From positions 1 to 64,000 of IMG/VR virus record IMGVR_UViG_3300047673_000158: a DNA stretch of 64,000 nucleotides; one strand, given 5' to 3'. Every line of letters starts with the position of its first letter. Positions within the stretch are counted from its first letter, which is position 1. The notes under the pieces are model-generated. The model worked only from the letters and a program-made list of their open reading frames with translations, did not search any database and was not told the DNA's origin. Source of the stretch: a virus. Below are positions 17,969-26,788 of this stretch, in pieces. The translations under genes and the position numbers were made by a program.

Positions 17969-20370
17969 TGTCAATTGATTTCCGCGTTGTAAATGCTGCG
18001 CTGGACCCGTTTCGGGTCGTGCCTGAATGGCTGCCCGAAGGCAAAAAGGTGGGCGACAACTGGATGGCGCGCAATGGTTCCCTAGCGGTGAACCTGACTA
18101 CGGGCAAGTGGGCGCTATTCTCCAGCGATGAAAAGTCAGACCGTGGCGGCGACCTGGTGGGCCTGTACGCGTGGATTTTCCACAACAAAAACCAGGTGGA
18201 AGCGGCGCGCGAACTGATGCGAACGCACGGCATCGTGGACAACGCGCAAACGCGCGAGCAAGCCGCGAAAATCACGCCGCTGCAACAGCCGACCTATACG
18301 CCGGTAATGCCCGTTCCTGACGACGTGCCGCAGGAACCGAATCAAAGCTGGGCGAAGGGCTTCAAGCACCCGGAATTCGGCAAGCCTTCGCACGTGTGGG
18401 CGTACCGCGACAGTGAAGGCCGCCTGCTTATGTACGTGGCCCGCTACACGGACGGCGACGGCACCAAGCAGGTTATGCCGTGGTCGTGGGGCACGCACCC
18501 GACGAAAGGCCATGTGGGCTGGCAGATGCGTGGGCTTACGGGCGGCATGAAACGGCCGCTGTACGGGCTGGACAAGCTGGCGAAGTATCCAGGCCACGAC
18601 GTGCTGGTGGTGGAAGGCGAGAAGACCGCCGACGCCGCGCAGGAACTGCTGGGCGAAGCGTGCGTGGTCGTTTCCTGGATGGGTGGCATGGGCGCCGCCG
18701 ACAAAGCCGACGTGCGCCGCCTTGCGCAGCGCAAAGTGTATTTGTGGCCCGACTTCGACGCGCACCATGAAAAGCTGACGAACGAAGAAAATGCTGCCGA
18801 AGTAGACCCGCGCAGCAAACCAATCCTGCCGCTGCACAAGCAAGGCGGGGCGCTGGCCATGATGGCGATTGCCAGCAAGCTGAAGGGGCTAACGGCCGAT
18901 GCGAATATCCGCATGGTGGGCTATCAGCCAGGCGAGAAGGTGCACGGCTGGGATTTGGCCGACGCGCTGGACGAAGGCTGGACCGGCGAAGACGTTCTGA
19001 AAATGCTTGCCGAGCGTTCCCGCGATCCGCGCGAGGTAATGACGGCCGAAACGATTAAACCGGCTGCGCCCGCTGAACCCGTGGCGGCTGCACCTGAACC
19101 TGCGGCTGCCGCACCCGCTGCACCAGCGCCGAAATATACGCCGCTGGAATACCCGGTGAATGAATTCGATTTTCCAGACCGTGGCGACAAAGGGCCGCTG
19201 GACACGCTGGAAAATCTGGCGTACCTGATGCGCCAGTATGGGATCGAGTCGCGCTACAACGTGATTTCCAAAGACGTGGAAATCAGCATACCTAACACTC
19301 GTTTTAGCCAGGACAACCACATGGAAGCATGCTTGGCAACTATCGGAAGTCTTTGTGCCCGCAACCGCATGCCGCGCGCCAACGTGCCGGGCTATATCAC
19401 CACGCTGGCCGATGGCAACAAAGTAAACCCGGCTGCTGACTGGATTGATTCGAAGCCATGGGACGGCATACCGCGCATTGAGGCGCTGGCCGACACGCTG
19501 GACGCAGCAGACCCGGAACTGGCCCGCGTGCTGGTGAAACGCTGGATGATTGGCGCCGTGGCGTGTGCGTTCGAAAACCACGGATTTGCCATGCAAGGCG
19601 TGCTGGTGTTGCAGGGCGCGCAAGGCGCAGGTAAGACGACGTGGATTATGGGGCTGGCCGACAATAACCGCGATCTGGCCGCCGAATCCGTGATTTTGAA
19701 CCCGGCCGACAAAGACAGCGTGAAGCAGTTCGCATCTTACTGGCTGGTAGAGTTGGGCGAACTGGAAGCGACTTTCAGTAAGTCAGACATTACCGCGCTG
19801 CGCGGCTTCCTCACCAAAAAGGTTGACGAACTGCGCCTGCCGTATGCGAAGGCCACAAGCAAATTTCCACGACGCACGGCGGCTGCCGCGTCCGTGAATG
19901 ATCGGGCGTATCTGCGCGACGAAACGGGGAACCGGCGATACTGGACGATTGAGTGCGGCGCAGGCTTGAACGGTATGCACGGGATCGACATACAGCAGGC
20001 ATGGGCCGAAGCGAAGGTGCTTTACCTGGCTGGCGAGCGGCACCCGTTGACCAAAGATGAAATGGAGCGCCTGTCTGAGTCGAACATGACCTACACAGAA
20101 CGCAATCCGCTGTCCGACTTGATTATGGACCGCTTCGATTGGGAAAGCCTGTCCGTGGTCAAAATGTCGGCAACTGACGTTTGCATTGCGGTGGGTTACG
20201 ACAAGCCGACCACCAAACAGGTGAAGGACGCGGGCACGATCCTGCGCAAGGCGACCGGCAAAGAGCCTTCCCGTTCGAACGGCCGCGTTGTGTTCGCTGT
20301 ACCACCTTTGAAGCGAAACAGTTACAAACAGGAACAAAATTTCGAAGACGACAACAGCCGCCCTTTCTAA
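17968..20370 (+). CDS. Primase-helicase (Toprim plus VapE-like P-loop domain)
   Basis: RPLYGL, VVEGEKTADA, WPD.D, GWDLAD; Walker A GAQGAGKT; ELGEL; DETGNRRYW. Confidence 0.92.
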   Translation: MSIDFRVVNAALDPFRVVPEWLPEGKKVGDNWMARNGSLAVNLTTGKWALFSSDEKSDRGGDLVGLYAWIFHNKNQVEAARELMRTHGIVDNAQTREQAAKITPLQQPTYTPVMPVPDDVPQEPNQSWAKGFKHPEFGKPSHVWAYRDSEGRLLMYVARYTDGDGTKQVMPWSWGTHPTKGHVGWQMRGLTGGMKRPLYGLDKLAKYPGHDVLVVEGEKTADAAQELLGEACVVVSWMGGMGAADKADVRRLAQRKVYLWPDFDAHHEKLTNEENAAEVDPRSKPILPLHKQGGALAMMAIASKLKGLTADANIRMVGYQPGEKVHGWDLADALDEGWTGEDVLKMLAERSRDPREVMTAETIKPAAPAEPVAAAPEPAAAAPAAPAPKYTPLEYPVNEFDFPDRGDKGPLDTLENLAYLMRQYGIESRYNVISKDVEISIPNTRFSQDNHMEACLATIGSLCARNRMPRANVPGYITTLADGNKVNPAADWIDSKPWDGIPRIEALADTLDAADPELARVLVKRWMIGAVACAFENHGFAMQGVLVLQGAQGAGKTTWIMGLADNNRDLAAESVILNPADKDSVKQFASYWLVELGELEATFSKSDITALRGFLTKKVDELRLPYAKATSKFPRRTAAAASVNDRAYLRDETGNRRYWTIECGAGLNGMHGIDIQQAWAEAKVLYLAGERHPLTKDEMERLSESNMTYTERNPLSDLIMDRFDWESLSVVKMSATDVCIAVGYDKPTTKQVKDAGTILRKATGKEPSRSNGRVVFAVPPLKRNSYKQEQNFEDDNSRPF

Positions 20371-20452
20371 AATTTGCTAAACTGCGCCCACATGCCCGAT
20401 GATTCGGGCTTTGTCAACGGCGGGGATTACAAAATTGTGAAAGGGGAAGGCC

Positions 20453-20656
20453 ATGGGATCATTGCTCAACGAACAGGAAGCGCGTGAATTACTGGACGGA
20501 TTCGGCAAGGCTAACAGCCTGGAGGAAGCCGAACTGCGCGGAATGCAGCGCATGTTGTCGCTTGTGTGCAACAGCGGAAAACGAGACTTCCCCACGCTGG
20601 TGGGGCGCATGCGCCGTGTGATCGAGGCAGCGCGCGAGGAAACGACGGCGCACTAA
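20453..20656 (+). CDS. Hypothetical protein
   Basis: ATG with purine-rich RBS; followed by terminator. Confidence 0.6.
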   Translation: MGSLLNEQEARELLDGFGKANSLEEAELRGMQRMLSLVCNSGKRDFPTLVGRMRRVIEAAREETTAH

Positions 20657-20678
20657 TGACGACAGCACGTAAGCGATT

Positions 20679-20702
20679 AAGCCACCTTCGGGTGGCTTTT
20701 TT
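20679..20702 (+). terminator. Intrinsic terminator
   Basis: AAGCCACC-TTCG-GGTGGCTT followed by T tract. Confidence 0.88.
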
Positions 20703-20720
20703 ATTTGTGCGGCAAAATGC

Positions 20721-20749
20721 TTGCGTTTCCCTAGGGAAACATGGAAAAT
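20721..20749 (+). promoter_or_regulatory. sigma70-type early promoter with perfect 16-bp palindrome
   Basis: TTGCGT-17bp-GAAAAT containing GTTTCCCTAGGGAAAC (20725-20740). Confidence 0.7.
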
Positions 20750-20781
20750 CGCTTTCATTGACAACGAAGGCGGGGTGCGAG

Positions 20782-21027
20782 ATGAACGAAGCGAAGGCAA
20801 TCGAATATGCAACCGTGCATTCTGTCACGGTTTCGACGGATAGAAAGAGCGGAAAGGGGGCGCGGGCGTTTGCGTGGTTTCGTGCTGGTGGTTTCGTCGT
20901 TCGATCGATTGCGGGGCAGCAATGGCGCGTGATCGGCGATGATGGCGCGACGTTCACTGGTAGGCGCGGGCAGTGCATAGAATTCTGCGTGAATGCGACG
21001 GTTATGCGCCGCTCCGATGTCGTTTAA
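20782..21027 (+). CDS. Hypothetical protein
   Basis: ATG after GGGGT RBS downstream of promoter. Confidence 0.6.
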   Translation: MNEAKAIEYATVHSVTVSTDRKSGKGARAFAWFRAGGFVVRSIAGQQWRVIGDDGATFTGRRGQCIEFCVNATVMRRSDVV

Positions 21028-21071
21028 CAACCAGCCCGCCAAGCGCGGGCTTTTCCATGGAGAAACAAAGG

Positions 21072-21404
21072 ATGGCGAATCAAACCCTGGCGGAAATGAT
21101 CGCGGCGCGTGACGAGCTAACGCGCCAGATTGACGAGTTGCAGGCGGCAACCAGGGCCGAAGCGGTGCGGACGGTGGCGGCGCTGATCGCTGAACACGAC
21201 ATGACGGCGCACGAAGTGGGGCTGGTGAGAACGCGGCACATCAAGCCTGGCCGCAAAGGTGCGCCGACGTTCAAGCAGAAGGCGAAGCGACCGCCTAACC
21301 CGCCGAAGTATCGGGACCCGAAGACGGGCGCGACGTGGACGGGGAACGGCAAGGCACCTGCCTGGCTGAACGGGCAGGATCGGGACGAGTTTCTAATCTA
21401 TTGA
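21072..21404 (+). CDS. H-NS family histone-like protein
   Basis: N-terminal coiled coil plus PKYRDPKTGATWTGNGKAPAWL DNA-binding domain. Confidence 0.92.
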   Translation: MANQTLAEMIAARDELTRQIDELQAATRAEAVRTVAALIAEHDMTAHEVGLVRTRHIKPGRKGAPTFKQKAKRPPNPPKYRDPKTGATWTGNGKAPAWLNGQDRDEFLIY

Positions 21405-21471
21405 GGGGCGGCGCCCGCGAAAGGTGAGGAAATGCGGGATACAATGGGCCGCCAACAACACGGGGTGGTAC

Positions 21472-21612
21472 ATGGTCCTGTTCCTTCTGTTTTTAATATT
21501 CGCGCTGCTGTTTTTTGTGGCGGCGCTTTGGTACTTCCTTCTGGCGCTGTCGCTGTTCCGTGCAGTGAGTACATTGCAGCGGGCGAAACCACGGCGCGAA
21601 CACGCACACTAG
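21472..21612 (+). CDS. Small single-pass membrane protein (46 aa)
   Basis: MVLFLLFLIFALLFFVAALWYFLLALSLF followed by basic tail; GGGGT RBS. Confidence 0.55.
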   Translation: MVLFLLFLIFALLFFVAALWYFLLALSLFRAVSTLQRAKPRREHAH

Positions 21613-21633
21613 ACCCGCGCGATAGTCACTTTC

Positions 21634-21657
21634 AAGCCACCTTCGGGTGGCTTTTTT
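21634..21657 (+). terminator. Intrinsic terminator
   Basis: AAGCCACC-TTCG-GGTGGCTT followed by T tract. Confidence 0.88.
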
Positions 21658-21690
21658 GTTGCGTTTTTTCGTTTAAACGCAAAACGGTGC

Positions 21691-21719
21691 TTGTGTTTGC
21701 TTATGGAAACATTTATGAT
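21691..21719 (+). promoter_or_regulatory. sigma70-type early promoter with operator-like site
   Basis: TTGTGT-17bp-TATGAT containing GTTTGCTTATGGAAAC. Confidence 0.72.
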
Positions 21720-21754
21720 TCTTCCATCGACAACGAAACACGAAGTGGAACGAA

Positions 21755-21952
21755 ATGAACGCAATCTACAAGCACATTCGCGCAGCATACAAGGCAGGTC
21801 AAATGTCTAACATTGCTATCGAGCGCGCCGAAGATGGAAACGGTTGTTTCGTTCGCGCGAATGGCAAATTTCTGCAATGGTTTGCGTCCGTGAATCTTGC
21901 TGAACAGGAAATAGCAAAGCAGCAATCCAAGTGCGCTAAGTTCATTGCATAA
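21755..21952 (+). CDS. Hypothetical protein
   Basis: First ORF after promoter; GGA RBS. Confidence 0.62.
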   Translation: MNAIYKHIRAAYKAGQMSNIAIERAEDGNGCFVRANGKFLQWFASVNLAEQEIAKQQSKCAKFIA

Positions 21953-22000
21953 CCAGCTAACCGCGCCCGCTTCGGCGGGCATCAATGAGGGGATGCGGAA

Positions 22001-22180
22001 ATGGAAAAGCAAATTGCAATCAAACACGCGCCGCGCAATTGGTCTTCGCTGAAGCGCTTCGCATGGTCGGACCAGCGCCCTTTTGTGGTGTACGTGGACG
22101 GCCAGATAGCGAAGGATAAGAAAGGCAACGAACGCCGGTTTTCGACGGCCGAAGGCGCCAGAAAAGCGTTTTCAAAATAA
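22001..22180 (+). CDS. Hypothetical protein (59 aa)
   Basis: MEKQIAIKHAPRNW...RRFSTAEGARKAFSK; GAGGGG RBS; flanked by hairpins. Confidence 0.62.
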   Translation: MEKQIAIKHAPRNWSSLKRFAWSDQRPFVVYVDGQIAKDKKGNERRFSTAEGARKAFSK

Positions 22181-22253
22181 ACACCAAGCCCGCCGCGCGC
22201 GGGCTTTTCCACTGAAACGGTGGCCGGTGCCGCCGTCGTTCGGAATCCTGAAA

Positions 22254-22448
22254 ATGACTATCAAAAATCGGGCGAAGGTGGCGGAACGGGCAAAGGCTTA
22301 CGATGCAGCCACGGTGCCGACGACGGTGCTAATTTATGCCCTGGCTGACGCAGTGGCGCAGAGTGTCGCAGATGCTACCGGGGCGCCGGTTGATTTCGTG
22401 ATTCATGGTGTGGTTAAAATTTCCAGGCAGCCGCAGAAGGCGGCATAG
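22254..22448 (+). CDS. Hypothetical protein
   Basis: Co-oriented ORF in early cluster. Confidence 0.55.
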   Translation: MTIKNRAKVAERAKAYDAATVPTTVLIYALADAVAQSVADATGAPVDFVIHGVVKISRQPQKAA

Positions 22449-22458
22449 GGGGGGTTGT

Positions 22459-22989
22459 GTGAAGGGTCAAATTGAACTGGTGTTGCGCTGGGCTTGCCCG
22501 TGCGAAAACAACGAAGAATTGCAGGTGGTTTCCCGCCTGCCAGCATGGGCGAATTGCGCAATGGGCGAGGCTACGTTCCGCGAAGCCTGGGCGCAGTTCG
22601 CTGGTGAGATTAAGGCGCATTCGCCTGCCGCGCCATCGGTCGAGCAGGACGAGCGCGGGGCGTTCGAGCGAGCATTGATTAGCTATGCCATGGACGAGGC
22701 AGAGAGCACCGACGCGGAGGTAATCAGGCAATCACGGGCGCGAGTAATGGCCTTGTTCGACGCCGCCCGCGCCGCATCAACTTCCGCCAATGTGGCGCAG
22801 GGAGAGAAGCGCGATGCGAAAAGCGACCGCTATTTCTTGGTCGTTGAAAATGGCTCTTATCTGATAGTTGATCGCGAAAGAAGTGAGATGCGGGGAGACG
22901 AGCCTGACTACTTTGTATTGGCGTGGACACCGAATAAAGACGATGCCAAGTTTGTGTGTGATGTCATGAACGAGTCAAGGGAGTTTTAA
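22459..22989 (+). CDS. Mosaic hypothetical protein
   Basis: GTG after G-rich RBS; contains APSVEQDERGAFE and AARAASTSANVAQG linker segments. Confidence 0.65.
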   Translation: MKGQIELVLRWACPCENNEELQVVSRLPAWANCAMGEATFREAWAQFAGEIKAHSPAAPSVEQDERGAFERALISYAMDEAESTDAEVIRQSRARVMALFDAARAASTSANVAQGEKRDAKSDRYFLVVENGSYLIVDRERSEMRGDEPDYFVLAWTPNKDDAKFVCDVMNESREF

Positions 22990-23484
22990 ATGAAACTGAC
23001 ATCTGACGCTAAAGGCACTGACGCGGCGCGCCGTTATTTGGCCGAGCTTTTGAGAAACGGAAACGGCTCAAATCAATACGCGGATTACATTCGTCATGAA
23101 CTGGCGGGCGACTTCGCGTGGGAATTGGTGAACCGCCTTCTTTACCCCAATGTGGCGCAGGGTGCGGAGGCGGTGTATCAGCAGCAGTATCGCGGCGAAG
23201 GCGTGTGGCGAGACATGCCGAAAGATAAGTGGGACGAGAAACAAGCCGGAATCCTCGCGAGTGACCAACGATTCCGCATCGTCTACACCGCCCCGCCAGC
23301 ACAGACAGCGCTCACGGCAACATGCGGACAACTTATCGCCGCTTGCACCGCATACAACGAAGAAATGCGAAAGCGAAACACAGCCAACGTTGGTATGGCG
23401 GCGCCTGATGCGATGCGCAAAGCCATCGACGCCGCCATGACCGCCGCTCAATCAGCAAGCGGGGAAACGAAATGCGGCCAATAA
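22990..23484 (+). CDS. Mosaic hypothetical protein
   Basis: GGGAG RBS; NVAQGAEAVYQ...R.VYTAPP segment. Confidence 0.68.
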   Translation: MKLTSDAKGTDAARRYLAELLRNGNGSNQYADYIRHELAGDFAWELVNRLLYPNVAQGAEAVYQQQYRGEGVWRDMPKDKWDEKQAGILASDQRFRIVYTAPPAQTALTATCGQLIAACTAYNEEMRKRNTANVGMAAPDAMRKAIDAAMTAAQSASGETKCGQ

Positions 23485-23690
23485 CAAACGCCGACCTATG
23501 GGACATTCTGACCCAGGCGGAAAGCCGGGTGCGCGAGTATGCCGGAACTGAATTCGACCACGTGGCGAAGCATGCGCAGGAAACCGTGGATTTGGTCATG
23601 GCGCGGCTGGAACGTAAAGGACTTACGCGGGTGGATTTGGAAGGGCTGGCGGGTATCGAGCGCATGGCTGTGGCGTGTGCGGGTGTTTAA
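23472..23690 (+). CDS. Hypothetical protein
   Basis: Overlapping co-oriented ORF with RBS. Confidence 0.58.
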   Translation: MRPITNADLWDILTQAESRVREYAGTEFDHVAKHAQETVDLVMARLERKGLTRVDLEGLAGIERMAVACAGV

Positions 23691-23737
23691 TCAACCAGGC
23701 GGCCACGGGGTGGCCGTCGATTTGCGAGGGTGGCGAA

Positions 23738-24235
23738 ATGACGAAAGCGGTAATCATAGTGGGCAGCCCGGCCGACAGCGCGACGCAGTGCGCCAGTGCG
23801 CTTGCGCAGCACTTCGGGAAAACCGACATTGAGCATGCGGACCTGCCTGCCGACTTCTACACAGGCGGCGCATTCCCGGATAACGCGCTGGTGTTGACGA
23901 CGGATGACGACTTGGCCGTGCATCACAAGACAATCCACGGCGCGACGGTGTACACGTTTAAGGAAGCGGCGCTGGCGGCCGGGCTTAACAACGGCATGCG
24001 CGAGCCGGTGGACGGCGTGCTGGACGGATACGCGGCCGTTCGCGTGAATAGCTCGCTGCCTCACGTGGCCGTGCTTGATTCTGTGGGCAAGGGGATTTTT
24101 ACGCTGCCTGTCGATTACACCGCCCAGCAGGTGAATACAGCGATACGCATTTATGAACAGGCGTGGAAGTGCGGCCATGCATTCGGCGCGGACTTCGTTC
24201 GGCATTCAATCCGCAATGCGTTGGGTATCGTATAG
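23738..24235 (+). CDS. Hypothetical protein (degenerate kinase-like N-terminus)
   Basis: GAGGG RBS; AVIIVGSPADSATQCASALAQHFG resembles a decayed P-loop. Confidence 0.62.
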   Translation: MTKAVIIVGSPADSATQCASALAQHFGKTDIEHADLPADFYTGGAFPDNALVLTTDDDLAVHHKTIHGATVYTFKEAALAAGLNNGMREPVDGVLDGYAAVRVNSSLPHVAVLDSVGKGIFTLPVDYTAQQVNTAIRIYEQAWKCGHAFGADFVRHSIRNALGIV

Positions 24236-24262
24236 CCGCTTTCTTCGTACCCTCTACTACAC

Positions 24263-24286
24263 AAGCCACCCTAGGGTGGCTTTTTT
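24263..24286 (+). terminator. Intrinsic terminator
   Basis: AAGCCACC-CTAG-GGTGGCTT followed by T tract. Confidence 0.85.
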
Positions 24287-24469
24287 GTTTCCAAAAAACA
24301 ACGCGTGTACGTAGTGAATGAAGGTAAGTAATGACACCACCCACATTCACTTTCATTCGCACTTGCTTACTTTGATGTACTTGTGGATAATGTAAATCAC
24401 CGCGTTACCTATTAGTAACCTGTTCTGATTCACTGTTTGACTGCATATCATCCACTACACCCTAAGACC

Positions 24470-25051
24470 ATGAAAACCATTATCGAACTGATCCACGAAG
24501 CGAACCGGATAGCGCATAACGAAGCCATTGGCGAAATCACCGTGGACGGCATTCTAGTGGCGCTGGCGACGCTGGAAGCGGCCAGCGGGAAGCGTACGCG
24601 CCGCACGCCTGACGAGTTCAACCCGGCCGACCACGACGCGGTGGCTAACCTGGTTGCCAATCTCGCAGAAGACGTGGTGAGCGCTTCCATGGTCTATCGC
24701 GAGTTATACGGCCGCACGGGCACCACGGCCGAACTGCGCACCGTGTCGGACGCGCTGCGGGCCTGTGAGTGGGTGCCGTACAAGTCCAATGGGCGCACCA
24801 AGTGGCGGCGCAAGACCATCGCGGAAGACGGCCTGCTGGGGCTGGAAAACGGCCAGGAAATCTATGACCGCGTGCTGGCGTGGGGCGAGAGTGTGCCGCG
24901 TTTCCGTGACACCGCATCCACCATTTTCCGCCGTGTCATGGGGCGCGATCCGGTGGGGCATGAGGCGCGCGCGGCTGGCGCTGCCCTGCGTGACCTGGGC
25001 GCACTGTCGCGACGCTCGAATGGCAGCCTGATTTACGAGAAACGCGGGTAA
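24470..25051 (+). CDS. Hypothetical protein with two internal winged-helix-like repeats
   Basis: Two repeats ending ALR...SNG, similar to the primase C-terminus. Confidence 0.7.
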   Translation: MKTIIELIHEANRIAHNEAIGEITVDGILVALATLEAASGKRTRRTPDEFNPADHDAVANLVANLAEDVVSASMVYRELYGRTGTTAELRTVSDALRACEWVPYKSNGRTKWRRKTIAEDGLLGLENGQEIYDRVLAWGESVPRFRDTASTIFRRVMGRDPVGHEARAAGAALRDLGALSRRSNGSLIYEKRG

Positions 25052-25300
25052 CGCTACCCTGGAACCCTGCGCACTTACCTGCCATCTACCCTGTCACGAA
25101 GCCTTGCCCGGCAAGGCTTTAAGCCATTTAGGGTGCTTTAGTTAACCAGATTTACCAAATAACTAGGATGAAAGGGTATAGAGGTAATAAGTAGATATAA
25201 GCATTGTCTCTATACCATAGCAAATCAAAACGTATAGAAATCACCGCCCTACCTACCCTGTAGCTTTTCCGGTAATAAATACCGATTTCCGCTCGCATTC
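25052..25300. other. AT-rich non-coding region, candidate replication origin
   Basis: CTACCCT/TACCT repeats, inverted repeat at 25099-25119, AT-rich core. Confidence 0.4.
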
Positions 25301-25343
25301 TGTTAACATAACCCCGCAGTGGCAATTTTTACCGAACGGGGCT

Positions 25344-25733
25344 ATGGACACTAAACCACTACCGGCAAGCGTGCAGGAAATCGCGGACGTGATCGGACGC
25401 GAACAGGCGTTACACCTTGTGGCGAGTCTGCCGCGACGGAGTGACAACCGACCAGGCAAAGCGTGCAAGCGGCCAATGCTCTATGTGCCGCAGCGAATCA
25501 CGATGGACCACAAGCTGGTGGCCATATTGGGATTTGAAGACGCGGCAAAGATGGTTAATGCGTTCGGCGGTGAAAACCTGTATCCGGCGACGTGTTCCGA
25601 AAACAAGGGCGGCCGACCGAAGAAAAACACCGCCGTGGAAAGCAAGCCTGAGCAACCCGAAAATGTGGCCACTGTCCACAGCGGGGTTTTCCACATGCTA
25701 TTTCCTTTCCACGGGAGTCCTGCCCGTGTTTGA
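25344..25733 (+). CDS. Mor-like transcriptional activator (candidate late activator)
   Basis: LPASVQEIADVIG...LYVP...H.LVAILG...A.KMVNAFGGE.L; precedes lysis and late genes. Confidence 0.7.
   Translation: MDTKPLPASVQEIADVIGREQALHLVASLPRRSDNRPGKACKRPMLYVPQRITMDHKLVAILGFEDAAKMVNAFGGENLYPATCSENKGGRPKKNTAVESKPEQPENVATVHSGVFHMLFPFHGSPARV
25626..25664 (+). promoter_or_regulatory. Putative late promoter for lysis cassette
   Basis: AACACCGCCGTGG-20bp-GAAAAT. Confidence 0.62.
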
Positions 25734-26046
25734 TCTAATCAGGCGGTTCCCTGGCGCTGAATGGGCGATAGCCGCCTTATTCGGCGCATTGGTAGCCATG
25801 CCATTCCATGACGAACTGAAGACGCGTAAAGGCTTCGTGGTCTTCGTTCTCACTGGTGTGTGCTGCGGCTACTTTCTGACTGGCGCTGTCATGCGCTATT
25901 TCCACATCAATCCTGAATCAGCCGGTGGCGTTGGTTTTCTGCTGGGCGCATTTGGCGGCAGCATGATTTCCGCCGTGATCCGCTCGATTAAGGAAGCCGA
26001 CCTGTGGGCGCTGGTGAAAGCCCGTTTCGGCGGGGGCGCGCAATGA
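25726..26046 (+). CDS. Putative holin (3 TM)
   Basis: GTG start after GGGAG; three hydrophobic segments; upstream of endolysin. Confidence 0.7.
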   Translation: MFDLIRRFPGAEWAIAALFGALVAMPFHDELKTRKGFVVFVLTGVCCGYFLTGAVMRYFHINPESAGGVGFLLGAFGGSMISAVIRSIKEADLWALVKARFGGGAQ

Positions 26047-26303
26047 ATGAAACCATAACCGTGGCGGCTGCAATCGTGCTGGCTCTGTGGGCGTGCTGGT
26101 GTGGTTTTTCGCGCAGCGTCAACGACGGCATTGTGGGCAAGGCGATTTACTTCTGGATCGCCGTTTCCTCATTGGCAATCGTGCTGGGCGTTGCGGAATT
26201 GCGGACATATCAAACGCTGATAGTCGCTTTCGCAATGCTGGGCGTTCGGCATTACTGGCTGCGATACGTCAAAAAACAGCTATTCAAAAAGGCGGCAGCG
26301 TAA
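26043..26303 (+). CDS. Membrane protein, putative holin/antiholin
   Basis: Hydrophobic segments, basic C-terminus, coupled to endolysin. Confidence 0.65.
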   Translation: MNETITVAAAIVLALWACWCGFSRSVNDGIVGKAIYFWIAVSSLAIVLGVAELRTYQTLIVAFAMLGVRHYWLRYVKKQLFKKAAA

Positions 26304-26788
26304 TGGCTCGCATAACAGCACAGCAAGCGGGCGGGGCGAACCGCGTTGCGTTTCTGGACATGATCGCGCATTCGGAAATCGGCGCGGCGCTGCTGGCGGA
26401 GTCGGACGACGGCTATAACGTGCTGGTGGGATCGACGCCAGCAAAGCCGCTGATTTTCCCGTCGTATGCAACGCATCCGAACGTGTTGAATCGGGCGCTG
26501 AATTCGACGGCGGCCGGGCGCTATCAATTGCTGTTCCGCTGGTTCAAGGCGTATGCGGCATTGCTGAAGCTAACGGATTTCAGCCCGCTGTCGCAAGACA
26601 TGATTGCATTGCAGCAGATTCGCGAGCGGGGCGCATTTCCGCTGATCGACGCGGGCCAGTTCGAAACGGCCGTCGAGCGCTGTTCGAACATTTGGGCATC
26701 GCTGCCCGGCAATTCGTATGGCCAGCATATGAACGATATCAAGGCGCTGAAAGTCGCTTTCGTTAATGCGGGCGGGGTGGCGGCATGA
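26303..26788 (+). CDS. Endolysin, lambda R-like lytic transglycosylase
   Basis: AFLDMIAHSE, STAAGRYQ, DFSPLSQD, IWASLPG..YGQ. Confidence 0.95.
   Translation: MARITAQQAGGANRVAFLDMIAHSEIGAALLAESDDGYNVLVGSTPAKPLIFPSYATHPNVLNRALNSTAAGRYQLLFRWFKAYAALLKLTDFSPLSQDMIALQQIRERGAFPLIDAGQFETAVERCSNIWASLPGNSYGQHMNDIKALKVAFVNAGGVAA

Noticed and set aside
19060-19130. Short Ala/Pro-coding repeats in primase and zinc-ribbon genes
   Set aside because: Ordinary flexible linkers with length variation between copies
20415-20427. Minus-strand near match to the late-promoter motif (ATCCCCGCCGTTG)
   Set aside because: Two mismatches, no NANNNT at the 20-bp spacing and no downstream gene on that strand
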